Source: the human T2T-CHM13v2.0 reference genome, Homo sapiens. From it: DNA of 64,000 bases. Position 1 is the stretch's first letter. Every line of letters begins with the position of its first letter. This document shows, one piece after another, positions 1-16,395 of this stretch. Made by a program: the position numbers and the translations under genes. Where the stretch lies: assembly GCA_009914755.4 (NCBI GenBank), contig CP086569.2, forward strand, positions 4,416,001 to 4,480,000, given 5' to 3'. A model generated the notes under the pieces. The model was not told the origin of the DNA and did not search any database. It worked only from the letters and a program-made list of their open reading frames with translations.

Positions 1-679
1 TTAAAGTCAGGAGATTAATTACATACAGGGGGACTGATCAAATGAGTAAATATACGAAGCATAATGTAAGCTAGGTTTTCCACTATCAGAATAAAAAGGA
101 AATTCAAGTATGATAAAGTATAAAACTAGAATAAACCCAGTAGTATAGACTGGAATTTGAGATACAGTATGAGCTCATGGTTTTCGAAATATAGAGCTAT
201 GAAAAGAAATACTACCATAAACTTTGGTTTGTTTTTGCGTATGCACTAATACATACATACCCTAGCTTATTTACTGAGAGGACAGGCTTTGGAGCAGCAA
301 CATCATAATCTCAAAGAGCAAATATAGTGCTCAGATCCTGACTTATAAATACTACTTTGTAATAAAAGGAACCAGAACTGGTTAAAGACATGACTGATTC
401 CAGGGCTGAAGAAGAAAAATATATGATTTTGATAGTTGTATTGTAGTTATATCAAGAATGTCCTTGTTCATAAGTAATAGACGTTAAACTGGTATTAGAA
501 AGGTGATGAAAATCATGTTGTTAACCTACTTTCAAATGCTTTGGCATAAACTATTCCCTGAACCATACTTATAACTTTTTCTATAAATTTGTGAATTTCT
601 TCAAATTTTTAAAAAGTGTATATCATTAAAAAATAATTTTTGCAAATTAAGATGAAGAGATACGCACCTCAATCAATAG

Positions 680-760
680 TTTATCTACCGCAATTCTTAA
701 GTAAACATAGCTCTCATCATTTATCCACCGCAATTCTTAAGTAAAAGTAGCTCTCATCAT
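680..760. repeat. Tandem duplication, two copies of a 40-41 bp unit (..ttatc(t/c)accgcaattcttaagtaaa(ca/ag)tagctctcatcat..)
   Basis: Two adjacent near-identical units read directly in the sequence. The mismatches are t/c at unit position 6 plus the stated two-base substitution. Confidence 0.7.
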
Positions 761-764
761 TTAG

Positions 765-810
765 CTTTCACTTATAAGTGAGAACATGTGGTATTTGGTT
801 TCCTGTTCTT
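765..810 (-). mobile_element. Very short L1 3'-region fragment (antisense)
   Basis: cacttataagtgagaacatgtggtatttggttt matches the reverse complement of the L1 segment ..aaaccaaacaccgcat(a/g)ttctcactcataggtg... Confidence 0.4.
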
Positions 811-1942
811 GAAAATTTTTGGAAGAAAATTGTACATGATGGAATTTTATTTTATTACTAAGAAATTGAATAACTGGCACTTTTTTTCTATTTTATTATT
901 TGCTTCCTTTCGTTAGTTTTGTTCTTTATACCACATATGCAGTTAAATAAACATTCTTAAAGGTCTACATTTCAAATCTATTCTTTTTTATTTCTGAAAA
1001 AGTTACTTACTGAAGAGGTATTTTTATACACAAAGTTGATTAATAAGTTGAAATAATTGTTCTGGCATTAAAAATCATTACAATATATTTCTTTCGATGA
1101 TTTCTGTGTACTTTCAAGTACCGAACAAAATTCATGAAAGCGCGTGCACACACCCACACACGCACATGCAGATGGTAGTAAAAGCAGTAAAAATGGTAAG
1201 CCCAGGCTTGAAACCACTGTTAGTTATGAGAGTAAGTATATTCTATTACTGTAATTTAACAGGTCTGTATTAACTAACTCCATAATATTCAAATTCTTCA
1301 ATTTCTTTTCTAGATAACCCAGAACATAATGGAAATTTTTCTTATGTAGTAACATGGTGAAAATTACAACATTAGCTGGTTTGTGAACATAAGGAGGTTT
1401 ATGAAATAAAAAAGTCTAGTAAATTTCTGTAGCTAGCAAACACTCTAAACTGTGAAAGAAAATGGAATCTCAGGGCCTCTAATTCACTATGCAAAAGGAA
1501 GTGAAGCTTAGGAACTGAGTCACACAGTATTTGTTTCCTTTTGTTTTCAACTGTATAGCTGTAATTTCAAAACCTTCATCCATAAGCCAGGTTCTCACAA
1601 TGATGGAAGGCCATATATCTCCTTGGATGGCCTCGCTCACAAATTTCTGACAGTGGAATTCCTTGTGAGCCCCTAAGTCTATCAGGATATATATCTCCCC
1701 TATAAAGTAGCCCTAAAACCAAGCTCCATTGAATCTCTCCCCGACAATATTAATAACCAGCTTATCCTCACAGGTACAGGACAAGGACAAGACCAGAAAT
1801 CATCCCTCTGCATATTCTGAGACTAATGCACAGTTAGTTGGCTTTTTCTCTAATTTCTCCTTTCATATTTATTTTATGTAAAATTGAGATTTACCAATTG
1901 GGACAGGGATGCATAACTGACTTTTTCTTCTCTACTCTCTTT

Positions 1943-2083
1943 TTATATGTAAAATGTAGATTTACTGAGCACTAATTGGAGGCACAAAAGAACGTAACCA
2001 TTTGCAAAGGACACGATGTTGTTTTCTATGGCTGCATAGTATTTTATGGTGCATATGTACCACATTTTCTTTAGATTGAGACT
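1943..2083 (-). mobile_element. Inverted fragment of L1 ORF2 C-terminus (older L1 subfamily)
   Basis: The minus-strand ORF at 1943..2194 contains ..KKMWYICTIKYYAAIENNIVSF.., homologous to the L1 ORF2p C-terminus (KKMWHIYTMEYYAAIKNDEF). tatggctgcatagtattttatggtgcatatgtaccacatttt is the reverse complement of the L1 sense sequence. Confidence 0.5.
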
Positions 2084-2395
2084 ATTATCCTTAGCAAATT
2101 CAGGAGGAACGGAAAAACAAATGCCACATGTTCTCACTTGTAAGTGGGAGCTAAATGATGAGAACATAAGAACACGTAGAGGGGAACAACACACACTGGG
2201 GTCTTTTGGAAGGTGGAGTGTGGGAGGAGGGAGAGGATCATGAAAAATAACTAATGGGTACTAGGCTGAATACCTGGGTGATGAAATAACCTGTAACACA
2301 AACCCCCGTAACATGAGTTTACCTGTGTAACAAACCTGCACATATACCCCTGAAGTTAAAATACAAGTTTTCCCTTACTGCCTACACTCTCTTCC
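2084..2395 (+). mobile_element. L1 3'-terminal fragment (3' UTR end; older L1PB/L1M-like)
   Basis: ..atgccacatgttctcacttgtaagtgggagctaaatgatgagaaca..ggaggagggagaggatcatgaaaaataactaatgggtactaggctgaatacctgggtgatgaaataacctgtaacacaaaccc..tacctgtgtaacaaacctgcacatatacccctgaagttaaaata matches the canonical L1 3' end. No poly-A is preserved. Confidence 0.7.
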
Positions 2396-2761
2396 TTTCT
2401 TTCCTCCTGTTTGCTCTTGCCTCTTTAAATATTGAAATTCCCAAAACCCTCTTTGGAAAAAAGCACAGGACACAGACACTCCTGTCCCTTCTGTTTTGCT
2501 GGGCACATCCTGAAACTTCGGGTACATAAAACTCTACCAATTGAGGCACCAGTCTCAGTCACTTTTTGGTTAATAAAATCTAACTGACATTTTCTTCTTC
2601 TTACTGAAATAACACCTGTAAGCCTCCACATTTGGAAATGAAGAACTGTCATTCTAATTTGTGTTCAGAACATGCAAGCTAGAGCTTTTTTAAAAGATTA
2701 ACTTATACTATTATATCATGGAGCATATACAGAGAATATTGTAAACCTTTAATTAAAATAT

Positions 2762-3047
2762 ATATATTTTTAGATAGAGTCTTTCTCTGTCCCCCAGGCT
2801 GGAGTGCATTGATACCATCTCGGCTCACTGCAACCTCTGCCTCCTGGGTTCAAGCAATTCTCCTGCCTCAGCCTGAGTAGCTGGGATTACAGGCGTGCAC
2901 CACCACGCTCGGCTAATTTTTGCATTTTTGGTACAGGCGGGGTTTCACCATGCTTGCCAGGCATGTCTCGAACTCCTGACCTCATGATCCATCCACCTCT
3001 GCCTCCCAAAGTGCTGGGATTACAGGCATGAGCCATCACTCCTGGCC
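2762..3047 (-). mobile_element. Alu (AluS-like), full length, with 12-bp TSD taattaaaatat
   Basis: The reverse complement matches the Alu consensus from ggccaggagtgatggctcatgcctgtaatccc to the A-tail, which reads as T-rich at 2762-2771. TSD copies sit at 2749-2760 and 3048-3059. Confidence 0.9.
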
Positions 3048-5789
3048 TAATTAAAATATCTTAACAGAAAGTATTAAATATGTTTAAAAACAGAAGCAGA
3101 AAATTCATGAATCAGAGTGTAGAGGATAGGGTCTGTAAATAGTTATGACAAAGCAAGTAGAAAGAATCAACATAATTTTTTTAAAAATTGAAAACATAAA
3201 ATTACCATTACAAACAAAAGTTTTGCCAATAACTAGAAGATTAAAATTCGCTTTTCTAAGCATCATTGTGCCCTGTGTGAGCTAAATACGAAATCTTTCC
3301 ATTTTCAAGAGAGTACTTAGATTCAGAGTTCTGTTGGAACTATTCTTGGCTACGTTGAAATGAATTGACTATCTCATTAGGACCATGCAAACCTAATAAC
3401 AACAATTAAAGTTGAAAGAATGTATCAACTTGTCTTAAGATTCACTTATTTGTTAACTATTCAATGGCCCAGAATGTACATTCTTTTGGGAAACAAATTT
3501 TGTGCTTTTCTTTAATGTGTCAAGCCCTGTGTTTGGAAGTTTACATGCAATATCAGATTCACTTTTCACAATAACCTTGTGAGAGAAGAATTACTACTTC
3601 TATTTCGTATCTGTGTAATTGAGGGGTTAGATAACTCACGATCTTATAGTAAAGGAGAATCCTAGGACTGGCTGGCACTGAATGCTATATACTCTTTTCA
3701 TTAGACTCCTTGTACAGATAGATGCAATGCAGTTAGGATGAAAGTTATTTTGTACTAATCATAAACTTCTAATGGAACAGTAGTTTGGTAAAACCATTTC
3801 TAGCAATTACAAAATGACAATTTTATCAAGAAGTGCAGAATAAGGATTGAAGTGGCAATGTTAAATGAAAACAACAACAAAAAAATCTCTGTTCTTCAAA
3901 TAATACTTGCAAATGACCATTCCCAAGCTCCTAGCACAGTGCATCTGGTGCACAGCGGGCACTCAATACTTATTTTCTTTTCTTCTTTTTCAAATTAGGA
4001 TATAAATTTAAATAGCATTCTGTGCTTTGTAAATCATAACACTTCTTTGAGAATGAAAAAATGTATTCTAATTCACTGATTTCAATAGATCTTAATTTTG
4101 TACACTTACTCTATTCTTTGGGCTCTTTTAAGATTCTGAGCTCTATTATAAAAAATTGTCAAATGACTTGAGACTAGGTGAATGATAAGGTGTAAGAGAG
4201 GGTGTAAGAAGACAAAAGGAAAAGGAAACTGTAATACCGTGATTTCAGGTTTCAGAAATAGAGAATATAATTATAAATTATTCAAACAAAGAAAAAATAC
4301 ATAATTATAAAGTATTCAAGAAATAAAATTTTACAAAACAACATCAAAAAGATATGTATATGTTAAATGTTAAAAACTTTTTAATGATAATCTGTAGTTT
4401 AATAATACATGCAGAGGGAGGACAAAATGGCCAGCTAGACACAGCCAGGAAGCACCACTCTCATCAAGAGAGGCCAAGAATTATAGTAAACCTACATAAT
4501 TTAGATACATCTTTAGAGAGAAAATGTTAAGTGGATAGTAATGTGACACAGATGATAAGGCTGAGGAAGGAGGAGGCTAGGAACCATTTGCAGGGTACCA
4601 GAACACTGCGGCTAGCTCCTGGCCCTGAACACCTCCTGGGAAATGTGTGAGCGAAGGAACTGTGGTATCCTGTTTACAAAGGGGCCCACATCTGCCATTA
4701 ATGTTTGAGCTTACAGGGGGATCTGCTTGGAGAGTAGCAGAGGCAGGGCTTCAGTCAGCACAGAGCCAGAGGTCTTTGTCCACTGTGCAGGCTGCAGCAG
4801 AGTGTGGCTATAGCACCTGTCCCCCAGGTTTTCCCATCTCTGTCCAAGAAGCTCTAGCCCCAGCTGACCCTGAACCAGGAGAAAGCAGGGCCAACTTTGC
4901 TGCAGGACTGGGGCATGTCTGCACTGCATATTCTCCTGCTTGCCAGCCTTTCCCAGTGCCCCTGCCTGGCCACCCCACAGGAATGTGTGGATAGTGTGGC
5001 TTCCACTGCCCAGCCTGGGTGCTGTGCTTCACCCAATTATCTTCCCTGTAGCCTGGGAACACTTTGGATTCCCCAGCACACCTGGTACCTGACTCTGTTG
5101 GTACAGAGGATAGAGCTGAGAGCCAGTCCTGGCACCCTAGGGTTGCAGTGAGCAGCTCAGGAGAGCTGAGCCAAGATCTGTGGCTGGCACTTGAATGGGA
5201 GAGGAGCCCACACTCACAGAGCACTGAGAGGGTGAGATGCATGTGTTCATGGACTGGAGCAGGAGTGGGGCATGCCTCCCTCTGCAGGGTCACCCCAGAA
5301 AGGATGTGGCCAATCTCCCTGTCATGACCTCTGCCCAGGGAGCCTTGCAGCCCAGAACCAAACAAAAAAAAATGTGGAGGCAGTGTCAGCAACAGTATGG
5401 GGCACCCTCAAGGCCCAGGAGCAGGCTTGATGAAGGAGTCACCTTTCCCCACTGCACCACAGAGCATGTCTTGCAAATGCAATGAATATCAAGAAGCTAT
5501 GCAGCTAAGTTTATATAGTGCCCATTACTCTTAAGTGCCATCTGCTGGACCACAGCCCAAACTACAAAACCAAAATATTATGCTAATCACTGCCCTGTGA
5601 AACCTAGAACAAGAATTCTGCCAAAAATCAAGACCCTGTACAGATTCTTGGCCCTCCAAAAAATCCAAAAATGAAGCCAACTTACTATAGACAATTTACA
5701 CCACACTTGAAAGAACACTAACCCTTCCACATGAGAGTCAGTGCAAGAACTCTCACAATTTAAATAGCCAAAGTGTTCTCTTACCTGCA

Positions 5790-6600
5790 AACAAGTCCAC
5801 TAGTTCCACAGCAATGGTTCATAACCAGTTCGAAATAACTGAAATGATAGACATATAATTCAGAATCTTGATTGCAAAAAAGCTCAACAAGATTCAGGAA
5901 GAAGTTGAAACCCAATCCAAGAAATTCAGTAAAATCATACAAGAGCTGAAAGATGAAATAGCCATTTTAAGAAAGAACCAAACTAAACTGCTAGAGCTGA
6001 AATTCACTACAAGGATTTTATAACACAATCAGAAGTATTAACAGCAGAATAAATGAGGCTGAGGAAAGAATCTGAAAGCTTGAAGCATGGTTCTTTTAAT
6101 TAATTAAATTTTTAAAAAAGAATTGTAAAAGATGAACAAAACTTTTGAGAAATATGGGATTATTTAAAGAGACAAAATCTGACTCATTGATATTCCTAAG
6201 AAAGAAGGAGAGAGAATAAGTAAATTGGAAATTATACTTGAGGATATAGTTCACAAAATTGTTTCTAATTTCACTAGAGAGATTGACATGCAAATTCAAG
6301 AAACACAGAGAACCCAAGCTAGATACTAACCATAACACTATCCTCAAGGCACATAGTCATCAGATTCACCAAGGTCAATACACACATAAAAATCTTACAG
6401 TCAGCTAGAAATAAGGGTCAAGTCACATACAGAGGGAACCCCATAAGGCAAGCAGCAGACCTTCCATAAAAAAATCTTAAAAACTAAGAGACATTGTGGG
6501 ACTATTTTCAGCATCCTTAAAGAAGATAAATTGCAACCAAGAATTTCATTTCCCACAAAAATGAGCTTCATAAGTGAAGGAGAAATGTAATCCTTCTCAG
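5790..6600 (+). pseudogene. L1 ORF1 remnant (disrupted) within the ancient L1
   Basis: Positional and sequence similarity to L1 ORF1 (..ELKDEIAILRKNQTKLLELK.., C-terminal ..NFISHKNELHK.. which resembles ..SFISEGEIK..). Interrupted by stop codons. Confidence 0.6.
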
Positions 6601-8202
6601 ACAAGCAAACACTGAGGGAATTATTTCAACTAGACAAGCCTTACAAGAGGTCCTGAGGAAATGCTATATATGGAATTGAAATAACAACACCCACTACCAC
6701 AAAAACACACTTAAGGGTATAGCCCATAGTCACTCTAAAGCAACTACACAGTCAAGTCTACACAACAAGCAACTAAGAGCACAATGACAGAATCAAAATT
6801 ACACATCAATGCTAACCATGAATGTAAATGGACTAAACACCCCACTTAAAAGACACAAAGTGGCAAGCTGGATAAAAAGACAAGGCTCAACCATCTTTTG
6901 CCTTCAAGAGACCCATCTCACATGTTATAGCACACACAGCCTCAATGTAAAGGGATGGAAGAAAGATCTACTATACAAATGGAAAATAAGAGCAAGAGTA
7001 ATTATTTTTATATCAGATAAAATACTTCAAGCCAATAAAATTAAGAACAGAAAAGGGCATTACAAAATGATAAAGGGCGAAATCAAACAGAAGACTTAAG
7101 TATCCTAAATATATACACATCCAAGTGAAAAGACTTAGACAACCACACAATAATAGTGGGAGACTTCAACACCCCACTAACAGGATTTGAGAGACCATTG
7201 AGGTAGAAAATTCACAAAGAAACTTGGGGCTTAAACTTGATCCTGACCAACTGGACATAATAGACATCACCAGAACACTCCATCTGACAGCCACAGAAAA
7301 TATCTTCTTCTTATCTGCACATGGACCATATTGTAAAAGAAACTACATGCATAGTCATAAAGCAAGTCTCTATAAATTCAAAAACTTAAAATCATATCAA
7401 GCCCACCTGCAGAGCACAGTACAATAAAAATAAAAATTCATATAAAGAAGTTATCTCAAAACCACACAAATACATGGAAACTAAACAACTTGCTCCAGAA
7501 TAACTCCTGGGTAAACATGAAATTTAAGGTAAAAATAAAAAAAATTCTTTGAAATTAATGAAAATAGGAACAAAATGTGCCAAAACCTCTGGGATGCAGC
7601 TAAAGCAGTGTTTAGAGGAAACTTTATAATGCTAAACACCAGCATCAAGAAGTTATAAATATCTCAAATTTACAGTCTAACATTTCACATAAAGGAACCA
7701 GAAAAAAAACCCCAAAGCTAGAATATGAAAGGAATAATTAAAATTAGAGAAGTTAATGAAATTGAGATGCAAAAATTCATAAAAAGATCAACCAAATGAA
7801 GAGCAGTTTCTTTAAAAATAATAAACAAAATTGATAGACTGCTAGTTAGACTAACAAAAAAATCAAAACAGAATATCCAAATAAGTACAATCAGAAAAGA
7901 CAAAGATAACATTACACATGATCCCAGAGAAACACAATGACTCCTCAAAGACAATAATAAACAACATTGTATATACAAATTAGAAAGTCTAGAGGAAATG
8001 AAATTCCTGAAAATACACAATCTCCAAATATTGAAGCAAGAAGAGATTGAAACCTTGAATAGACCAATATTGATCTCTGAAATTAAACCAGTAATAAAAA
8101 ATCTAGCAACCAATAAAACCCCTGGACCAGATGTATTCACAGCAGAATTCTACCAGACATACAAAGAACTGGTATGAATTCTACTGACACTACTCCAAAA
8201 AA

Positions 8203-8225
8203 CAAACAAACAAACAAACAAAATC
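8203..8225. repeat. (CAAA)n microsatellite
   Basis: aaacaaacaaacaaacaaacaaa read directly. Confidence 0.8.
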
Positions 8226-9994
8226 ACAGAGGAGATGCTACTTCCTATCTTATTTTGTATGAAGCTAGCATCAGACAGATACCAAAATCTTGCAGAGACA
8301 CAACAACAAAAAAATTACAGGCCAGTATCAATTACAAAGACAGATATTAAAGTCCTCCACAAAATACTAGAAAACCAAATCTAGCAGTATATTAAAAAGT
8401 TAATTCACCACAATCAAGTAAGCTTTATTCCTGGGATGCAAAGCTGGTTCAACATACACAAATCAATAAATGTGATTTGCTATATAAATAGAATTAAAAA
8501 GAAAAACTATATGATTATCTAAATGGGTTCTGAAAAAGCTTTTTATAAAATCCAACATCCCTTCATGAAGAAAACCCTCAACCAACTAGGCATCAAAGCA
8601 ACATACCAGAAAAGAAGTACCATCTATGACAAATCTACAGCCAACATCATACTGAATGGGCAAAAGCTCAAACCATTTCCCTTGAGAACTGGAAAAAGAC
8701 AAGGATACTCACTCTCATCACTCCTACCCAACATAGTTCAGGAAGTCCTAGCCAGAGCAATCAGGCAAGAGAAAGAAATAAAAAGCATCAAAATATGAAA
8801 GAAAGAAGTAAAACTACCTGTCCTCACTGATAATATGATTCTATATGTAGTCCTAAAGATTCTGCCAGAAGGCTCCTAGAAATGATAAGTGACTTTAGTG
8901 AAGTTTCAGGATACAAAATCATGTATAAAAATTAATAGCATTTCTATACATCACCAACATCCAAGCTGAAAACCAAAGCAAGAACAGAATCCCATTCACA
9001 GTAGCCCCCTATCATACACACACACACACATAAACACCTAGGGTTACAGCTAACCAGGAAGGAGAAAGATATCTACAGGGAGAATTACAAAACCCTGGTT
9101 AAAGACATCAGAGATGATACTAATGAATGGAAAATAATTTGATGCACATGAATTGGAAGAATCAATATTACCGAAGTGGTCATACTGCCCAAAGCAATTT
9201 TCAGATTCTATGCTATTCATATGAAACTCTCAAAGTCATTCTTCAGAGAATTAGAAAACATATTCTAAATTCACATGGAACAAAAAAAACCCCAGTAACC
9301 AAACAATCCTAAGCAAAAATAACAAAGCCAGAGACATCACACTACTAACTCCAAATTGTATTATGGGGTTACAGTAACCAAAACAGCAAGATACTGGGAC
9401 AAAAAGAGACACATAGACCAATGGAACAGAATAGAACACTCAGAAGTAAAGCTTCACACTCAAAATCACCTGATTTTCAACAAGACCAATAGAAACAGGC
9501 AATGGGAATGGACTCCCTATTCAATAAGTAATCTTGGATAACTGCCAGCCACATGCAGAACAATACAATCAGAATCCTACTTTTTACCATATAGAAAAAT
9601 TAACTCAGGATGAAGTAAATATTTAAATGTAAAACCTCAAACTATCAAAATCCTAGAAGAAAACCTAGGAAATACCCTTCCTGACATCAACTTTGGCAAA
9701 TGATTTTTGGCTAAGTCCCCAAAATCAACTTCGACAAAAACAAAAATAGACAAGTGGGACCTAATTTAATGAAAGAGCTTCTTCATAGCAAAAGAAATAA
9801 TCAACTGAGTAAACAGGCAACCTAAAGAATGAGAGAAATTATTCACAATCTATGCATATGACAAAGGTTTAATATCCAGAGTTTATAAGAAACTTAAACA
9901 AATCAACAAGCAAAAAATAATAATAATAAGCTCATTTAAAAAATGGGCATAGTATATTAACACTTCTCAAAAGAAGACATAGAAGTGGTGAAAA

Positions 9995-10265
9995 GCAATT
10001 GCAACAAAAGCAAAAATTAACAAGTAGGATCTCATTAAACTAAAGAGCTTCTGCAGAGCAAAGAAAACTATCAACAGAGTGAACAGACAATCTAGAGAAC
10101 GGAAGAAAATTTTTTCAAACTATGCATCTGAGAAGGGTCTAATATCCAGCATCTTTAAGGAACTTAAACAAATTTACAAGAAAAAACAACCCCAATAAAA
10201 AGTGAACAAAGGATATTAACAGAAACTTTTCAAAAGAAGATATACATGCAGCCAACAATCATATG
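9995..10265 (+). repeat. Diverged tandem duplication of about 260 bp of the L1 ORF2 C-terminal segment (copy of about 9733-9990)
   Basis: Both copies encode ..[14 protein letters not shown](T/R)[32 protein letters not shown].. in the same order. The copies are visibly diverged. Confidence 0.5.
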
Positions 10266-10687
10266 AAAAAAAGAGCTCAACATTACTGATCATTAGAGAA
10301 ATGCAAATTAAAACCACAGTGAGACATCACCTCACACCAGTCAGAATGGCCATTACTAAAATGTCAAAAAATAACAGATGCTGGTAACGTTGTGGAGAAA
10401 AAGGAACACTTATATACTGTTGGCAGGAGTATAAATTAGTTCAACCATTGTGGAAGACAGTGTGGTGGTTCCTCAATGACCTGAAAACAGAAACACCATT
10501 TGACCCCGCAATCCCATTCCTGGGTATGTACCCAAAGGAATATAAATCATTCTATTGTAAAGACACATGCAAGCATATGTTCATTGCAACATCATTTGTA
10601 ATAGCAAATATATGGAATTAAGCTGAATGTCCATTAATGGTAGACAGGATAAAGAAAATGTGGTAGATATACACCATGGGATACTAT

Positions 10688-10707
10688 GCAGCTATATATA
10701 TATATAT
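10688..10707. repeat. (TA)n microsatellite
   Basis: atatatatatatatatatat read directly at the junction between two L1 pieces. Confidence 0.85.
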
Positions 10708-11450
10708 ATACTCATCAGAAGAAATGCAAATCAAAACCACAATGAGATACCATCTCACACCAGTCAGTATGGCTATTATTAAAAGGTCAAAAAGCAACAG
10801 ATGCCGGTGAGACTGCAGAGGAAAGAAACACTTAGATACTGTTGGGGAGAATGTAAACTAGTTCATCCCTTGTGTAAATCAGTTTGGAGTTTCTCAAAGA
10901 ACTTAAAATGGAGCTCTTATTTATCCTAGCAATTTAATTGCTGAGTATATAAACAAAGGAAAAAAATCATTCTACAAAAAGGACATGCACACGTATGTTT
11001 ATTACCATGCTATTCACAATAGCTAAGACAAGGAATCAACCTAGGTACTAATCAGTGGTGGATTGAATAAAGAAAATATGACGCCTATACATGGTGAAAC
11101 ACTATGCAGCCACAAAAAAGAACAAAATCATGTTCTCTGCAGCAATATGAATGCAGCCGGAGGCCATTATTCTAAGCTATTTAATGCAATAATGGAAAAC
11201 CAAATGCCCCATGTTCTCACTTACAAGTTGGAGCTAATCATTGAGCACACATGGACATAAACATGGGAATAATAGACACTTTGGACTTCTAGAGAGGGGA
11301 GGGAGGGATGTGTGGCTGCAGATCTATCTATTGGGTATGTTTTTCACTACCTGGATGACAAGATACATACCCCAAAACTTAGCATCATGCAATATACCTA
11401 TGTAACAAACCAGCACACCTATCCCTTGTATATAAAATAGAAGATGAAGC
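10708..11450 (+). mobile_element. Additional L1 3'-terminal fragment (ORF2 C-terminus plus 3' UTR), redundant with 10290-10560 upstream
   Basis: Repeats ..aaatgcaaatcaaaaccacaatgagataccatctcacaccagtcag..atgccggtgagactgcagag.., then the 3' UTR ..atgccccatgttctcacttacaagttggagctaatcattgagcacacatggacat..tatgtaacaaaccagcacacc. Confidence 0.6.
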
Positions 11451-11454
11451 ACTG

Positions 11455-12409
11455 CTATACACCAACAATAACCAAGCTGAGAATCAGACCAATAACTCAA
11501 TCCCTTTAACAACAGCTCAAAAAAACAAATACTCAGGAAAGTACTTAACCAAGCAGGTGAAACATCTCTATAGGAAAACTACAAAACATTGCTGTAAGAA
11601 ATTATATATGACACAAATAAATGGAAACGCCTCTCATGCTCATGGATAGGTAGAATCAATACCATGAAAATGATCACACTGCCCAAAGCAGTCTACAGAT
11701 TCAATGTAATTCTCATCAAAACATCATCATTATCATTCACAGAATTAGAAAAAAATCCTAAAATTCATATGGAACCAAAAAGACCCCACATATCACAAGT
11801 GAGACTAAGCAAAAAGAACAAATCTGGAGGCATCACATTATCCAACTTCAAATTATACTACAAGGATATAGTTACCCAAATAGCATGGTACTGATATAAA
11901 AATAGGCATGTAGACCAATGGAACAGAATAGAGAACTCAGAAATAAAGCCAAATACTTGCAGCCAACTAACCTTCGCTAAAGCATACAAAAACAAAAATT
12001 GAGTAAAGGACACCTTATTCAATAAATGGTGTTGGGAAAACTAGCAAGCCACATGTAGAAGGATGAAACCAGATGCTCATCTCTCACTTTATACAAAGAT
12101 CAACTCAAGATGGATCAAAGACTTAAATCTAAGACTTGAAACCATAAAAATTATAGAAGATAACATCAAAAAAACTCTTCTAGACATTGGCTTAGGCAAG
12201 GAATTCATGAGTAAGACCCCAAAAGCAAATACAACAAAAACAAAAATAAATAGATGGTACCTAATTAAATTAAAAAGCTTCTGCACAGCAAAATAAAGAA
12301 TCAGCAAACAGACAACCTACAGAGTAGGAGAAAATATTAGCTAACTATCCATTCAACAAAGACTAATATCTAGAATCTACAAGGAACACAAACAAATCAC
12401 AAAACACAA

Positions 12410-12410
<1 letters not shown>
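11455..12410 (+). mobile_element. L1 ORF2 internal fragment (separate older copy)
   Basis: Encodes ..[55 protein letters not shown].., matching the ORF2 middle and C-terminus. Overlaps in L1 coordinates with the next fragment, so it is a distinct copy. Confidence 0.6.
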
Positions 12411-16191
<3,781 letters not shown>

Positions 16192-16395
16192 TCACCAATA
16201 TCCGCTGTTCTTCAGCCTCCGCTGCTGATGCCAGGCAAACAGGGTCTGGAGTGGACCTCCAGCAAACTCCAACAGACCTGCAGCTGAGGGTCCTGACTGT
16301 TAGAAGGAAAACTAACAAACAGAAGGGACATCCTCACCAAAACCCTATCTGCACATCACCATCATCAAAGACCAAAGGTAGATAAAACCACAAAG

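Larger units (their letters stand above)
6783..10560 (+). pseudogene. L1 ORF2 (endonuclease/reverse transcriptase) remnant, heavily disrupted
   Basis: Track ORFs 6809..7099 (MLTMNVNGLNTPLKRHKVASWIKRQGSTIFCLQETHL..) and 8523..8798 (..[43 protein letters not shown]..) are diagnostic L1 EN and RT segments. Confidence 0.75.
4410..10690 (+). mobile_element. Ancient full-length L1 (L1MA/L1PB-like). 5' UTR is about 4410-5790, ORF1 remnant about 5790-6600, ORF2 remnant about 6783-10560
   Basis: GC-rich 5' UTR beginning ..ggaggacaaaatggccagctagacacag. ORF1-like coiled-coil region. ORF2 begins atgacagaatcaaaattacacatcaatgctaaccatgaatgtaaatggactaaacac (endonuclease N-terminus MLTMNVNGLNTPLKRHKVASWIKRQ..). 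The RT motif [26 protein letters not shown]-like is at 8400-8800. Many stops and frameshifts. Confidence 0.8.

Noticed and set aside
680-760. Possible CRISPR-like repeat
   Set aside because: Only two directly abutting copies with no spacers. The sequence context is primate nuclear DNA, so this is a simple tandem duplication.
4808-5392. 194-aa minus-strand ORF and several overlapping 60-115-aa ORFs in a GC-rich block (4647-5485)
   Set aside because: They lie entirely within the GC-rich 5' UTR of the ancient full-length L1 (4410-5790). The amino-acid composition is Gly/Pro/Ser/Ala-rich junk typical of GC-rich non-coding DNA. There is no Kozak context and no splice or exon structure.
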